A DNA stretch of 64,000 nt from positions 70,928,001-70,992,000 of the forward strand of contig NC_087448.1 in the NCBI RefSeq assembly GCF_036321535.1. The letters are read 5' to 3'. The notes below the pieces were generated by a model that saw only the letters and a program-made list of their open reading frames with translations, did not search any database and had not been told where the DNA came from. The stretch's first letter is position 1; each line of letters starts with the position of its first letter. Shown piece after piece: positions 60,851-64,000 of the stretch. The position numbers and the translations under genes were made by a program. This stretch comes from Camelus dromedarius. Taxonomy: Eukaryota.

Positions 60851-61214
60851 CGTGAGGGTCAGTTTGATGTGTCCACTTGGCAGAGCTGCACCCCAGTTAT
60901 TCAATCTAGCACCCTTCTGGGTGGTCTTGTGAGGTATTTTGAAGAGGTGACTGAAGTCTATAGTCAGCTGACTTTAGGCATGGGGGATTGTCCCAGAGAA
61001 TCTGGGTGGGCCCCACCAGACAGATGAAAGGCCTTTTGAGCAGAGTGGAGGCTTCCTTGATGATGAAATTCCACCTCGTAGACGCTAGCTCCGCTTCCTG
61101 CTGGCCTTCAGACTTGCCTTCCCAGCCCCTACAATGTTGTAAAGCAATTCTTTGCAATCAGTCTCTTATATGTCTCCTGTTGGTTTTGTCTCTCTGGTTC
61201 AAACTGGACTGGTA
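60851..61214 (+). mobile_element. Solo ERVL LTR (MLT2-like, older)
   Basis: agtttgatgtgtccacttggc...ctgggtgggccccaccagac...gcaattctttgcaatc...ctcctgttggttttgtctctctgg. Confidence 0.75.
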
Positions 61215-64000
61215 GGTTGCTACGAGCACTTTATAGAGGGCGATGGAAACTCAGTGGGATCACAGAGCAGTGGAGTGACAGGCCTGCAACCTGGAGTTAT
61301 TTCTGCTATGTAGTCTCTCCTTCATTCTTCTGACTCGGGGCAAAAGGGAAGGGAGAGTTTGTTGAATCTTCTTTGTAAAGTTCCACGGACAGTTTCATGA
61401 GAGCTGATGGAAATGCCTGTGAAACGCTAGGAACTATCTGCCCTTCCTTCTGGGCCTTCTCCACACTCCAAGAAGAGCTCGGGCTCTTTCAGAACTTGGG
61501 AGACAGTCAGTGCTGCTGCTGCCACCTCACAAGCTCTGCACTGCGGACAGCCACCTCGGGCGGTCTGGGAGCTTGCCAGACAATGTCTCAGGGAAAGGTG
61601 GCAGAAAGGGATTCCAAGGTGAACTGACAATTACAGTTACGTAAACTCACTTCCCATCTCCTGGTCACACTGGCGGTCAGTGCCTGGTGGACCTGACTGG
61701 ATGGGGAAGTGGGGGGGACGTGTTCCCACAGGCGACATGTAGCATTCTTTTCTTGGAAACCTGGAAAGCTCATTAACTCTAGAAGCAGGGAGATAGAAAG
61801 TCTTGGAAAATTCCTTCGGAAAAAAAATGAGTGTGTATATAATGAGGTAAAAAATTTACCCTTCCAGGTCAGAGGGTCAGCACCTCCCAAACCAGATGAA
61901 ACCCTGGGGCACAAGAAGGGAGAGAACGCCCGAATATACTCACTTAGAATTAAACTTTGTAATTTCCTTATGAGCTTATTGTATCCTTAAAATAGAATTT
62001 TCACCTGTGTTCCCATAAAGTCTGTGTAAATATGGATTCTAACAGAGGTTGGAAATTTGTATCTTCAAGGCCAGATGTGCAATTTGCACAAAAGATTCAG
62101 TTTCCTCAAGTAATCCCCTCATTTGGGGAGCAAGGAACCAGGAAGGATAGAAGGATGGCAATTCTTTTATTTTCTTGTTTTTGAAGTGCCACTGATGGCA
62201 GCATGAGAAGTTGGGTGGCTTTTGTTTTATCAGTGACCTAAGGGAGTCCGTGCAGGTCACTACATGGAGCATATGATGTAACTTTTAAAGTAAAACAAAT
62301 TAGCAACTGTTTAAATCAAGTGGTGCCCCTTTTCTGAATGGTCTTGGAGGACCTCTGGATAGTTTAATTTTATTTAAATTATTTAGTTATTTTCCATCCA
62401 AGTTCTCGGTGTAGTTTCAGGATTTACATCAGCGTTGGATTCACCTAACACATCACCTCACTGGCCCTTCTGGGCAACTTACACGCTCGAGCTTTATGAC
62501 CTGGCAATGAGCAAGGTCATCCTTCCTTTAAAAAGGAGAATCCAGGTTTGAGATGGAGCACGGCTCCTCCAACTGCTTCAGCAAGTATGTGAACGTGATT
62601 GGATCTGCACCACTCTTTTCTTATCTTCTGGAATTAGTGGGATAACCCTTTAAGGTAAACCATCTATTTGATGAATTTACTAAAATGTAAAGAATGAAAA
62701 ATCCATTGCTCTTAACTTGTCATTTTGGTAGCGTCAGTCACTAATGAACAAATGGCTATTTCTAATAAGGAACATCGATTCTTGTGTTTAATGCAGACAA
62801 TTACCTTCTTTCGGAAGTCTGAAGGGTGTTGGGAACAGCACTGACCAGACATAGGAAATACTCCTATATTCACACTGGCTGTGGAGGGAAAGCTTTATGA
62901 ATCTGATGAGGGCCTTTGTACAGCATCTTTGGAAATTATATGTAGTATGAGTAAGTCTCATTTTAAGTAAACACAGCATACAATACTCTAGCGCTAATAA
63001 AGCAGGGAAATAATTCACATTATGTATTCTCCACCCTCAAAATTGAAGTGCCGTGTGTTAGACGTCGAGGCATGGAAGTGCTACCCTGCCTTATGAGGCC
63101 ACGGAGGAGGGCAAAGCCACACAGAAAGAAGCAGTGGGCATAAAGTGGGGGTCCTGGGACGTTCTGCGGTTCAGAAGGAAAACCAGGGCAGATGGCCAAT
63201 AGGGACGCTCCAGGTGCTGCCGTGTGGGAAATGTGGGCTGTTGAGAGGCGGCAGGAATTGTCAGTTAGTGTTCAACTGTTTGGTTTCAATGACTAGCATT
63301 TCCATTGCCCTGGACAAATGGTTTTTGGACTAGCATCGTAATTCTCCTACTCCTTGCCATTTATAACAGAAAATAAGCAGGGAATTAGCAAGAAAGTGAT
63401 TTTAGAGATCACTTTTTTAAAAAAATAATTTTTCCATAAAGTAAGATACACGTGCGCAGTCTTTGGAAGTACCCACTTAAATGTCAGATTTTGTTTGCAT
63501 TTATGTTTTATGTTCTGTTGTTTAGAAACTGTTAACATTTACATTAATTAGATACATGGTTGGTGAGTCAGAATATTCTACATGGAGATTGGGTGAATAA
63601 ACAGCAGTAACAGTTGGAGGGCACGCGCCTACCGGGCTGGGAGATGCTGTCTTCAGGAATCACTGCATCACAGGGACCTTTTCAAGGCAGCAGCCCTTCA
63701 GTGAGGGCTTGCTGTGTGCTAGGCATGCCGTAAACATTGTTTCATTAAAAATGTTTTGAAATAAGATATAATTGACATAAAGGAGTTCTTTTTTACTCCA
63801 AAAACTTTAAATCACATTAATCACATGAATAATCATTTGCTCAGTTCCCAGTGTTGCTGAAGGCTGGTCTTGGGCTTAGTTTGTGCCGTGTGGGGTACTT
63901 CCCACCATGTACCCCCAGCAGCAGTGAGGTGCACAGAGTGGAGGTGAGGGCAGGAGCAGGCCCACTTCTGTGCTCAAAGGCCTGTGGTCTGGCGAGAGTG

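Overview
Mammalian genomic DNA, most likely a camelid (two Vic-1-type tRNA-derived SINEs, cetartiodactyl-type L1 3' ends). Two protein-coding genes lie in tandem on the minus strand, in the same order as in human. The first is a complete, intact 23-exon ATP12A (non-gastric H+/K+-ATPase alpha subunit; CDS 50012->24996, 3117 nt = 1038 aa + TGA, all introns GT-AG, all phases consistent). The second is the 5' end of RNF17 (CpG-island promoter, coding exons 1-2 containing the RING finger); the rest of that gene lies left of position 1. The remainder is intronic or intergenic DNA with L1, L2, MIR, LTR and DNA-transposon remnants, short tandem repeats and three N-runs. I found no convincing new multi-gene system. 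The observations most worth following up are fine-scale: a 28-nt duplication that copies the ATP12A exon-19 splice donor, a 30-nt duplication that creates three evenly spaced CCAAT boxes at the RNF17 promoter, unusual ATP12A substitutions (EIEHF->EIQHF; new Met23), and an unexplained CpG-rich segment split by an LTR upstream of ATP12A. Gene identities, orthologue comparisons and repeat family names come from recalled sequences, not from database searches.
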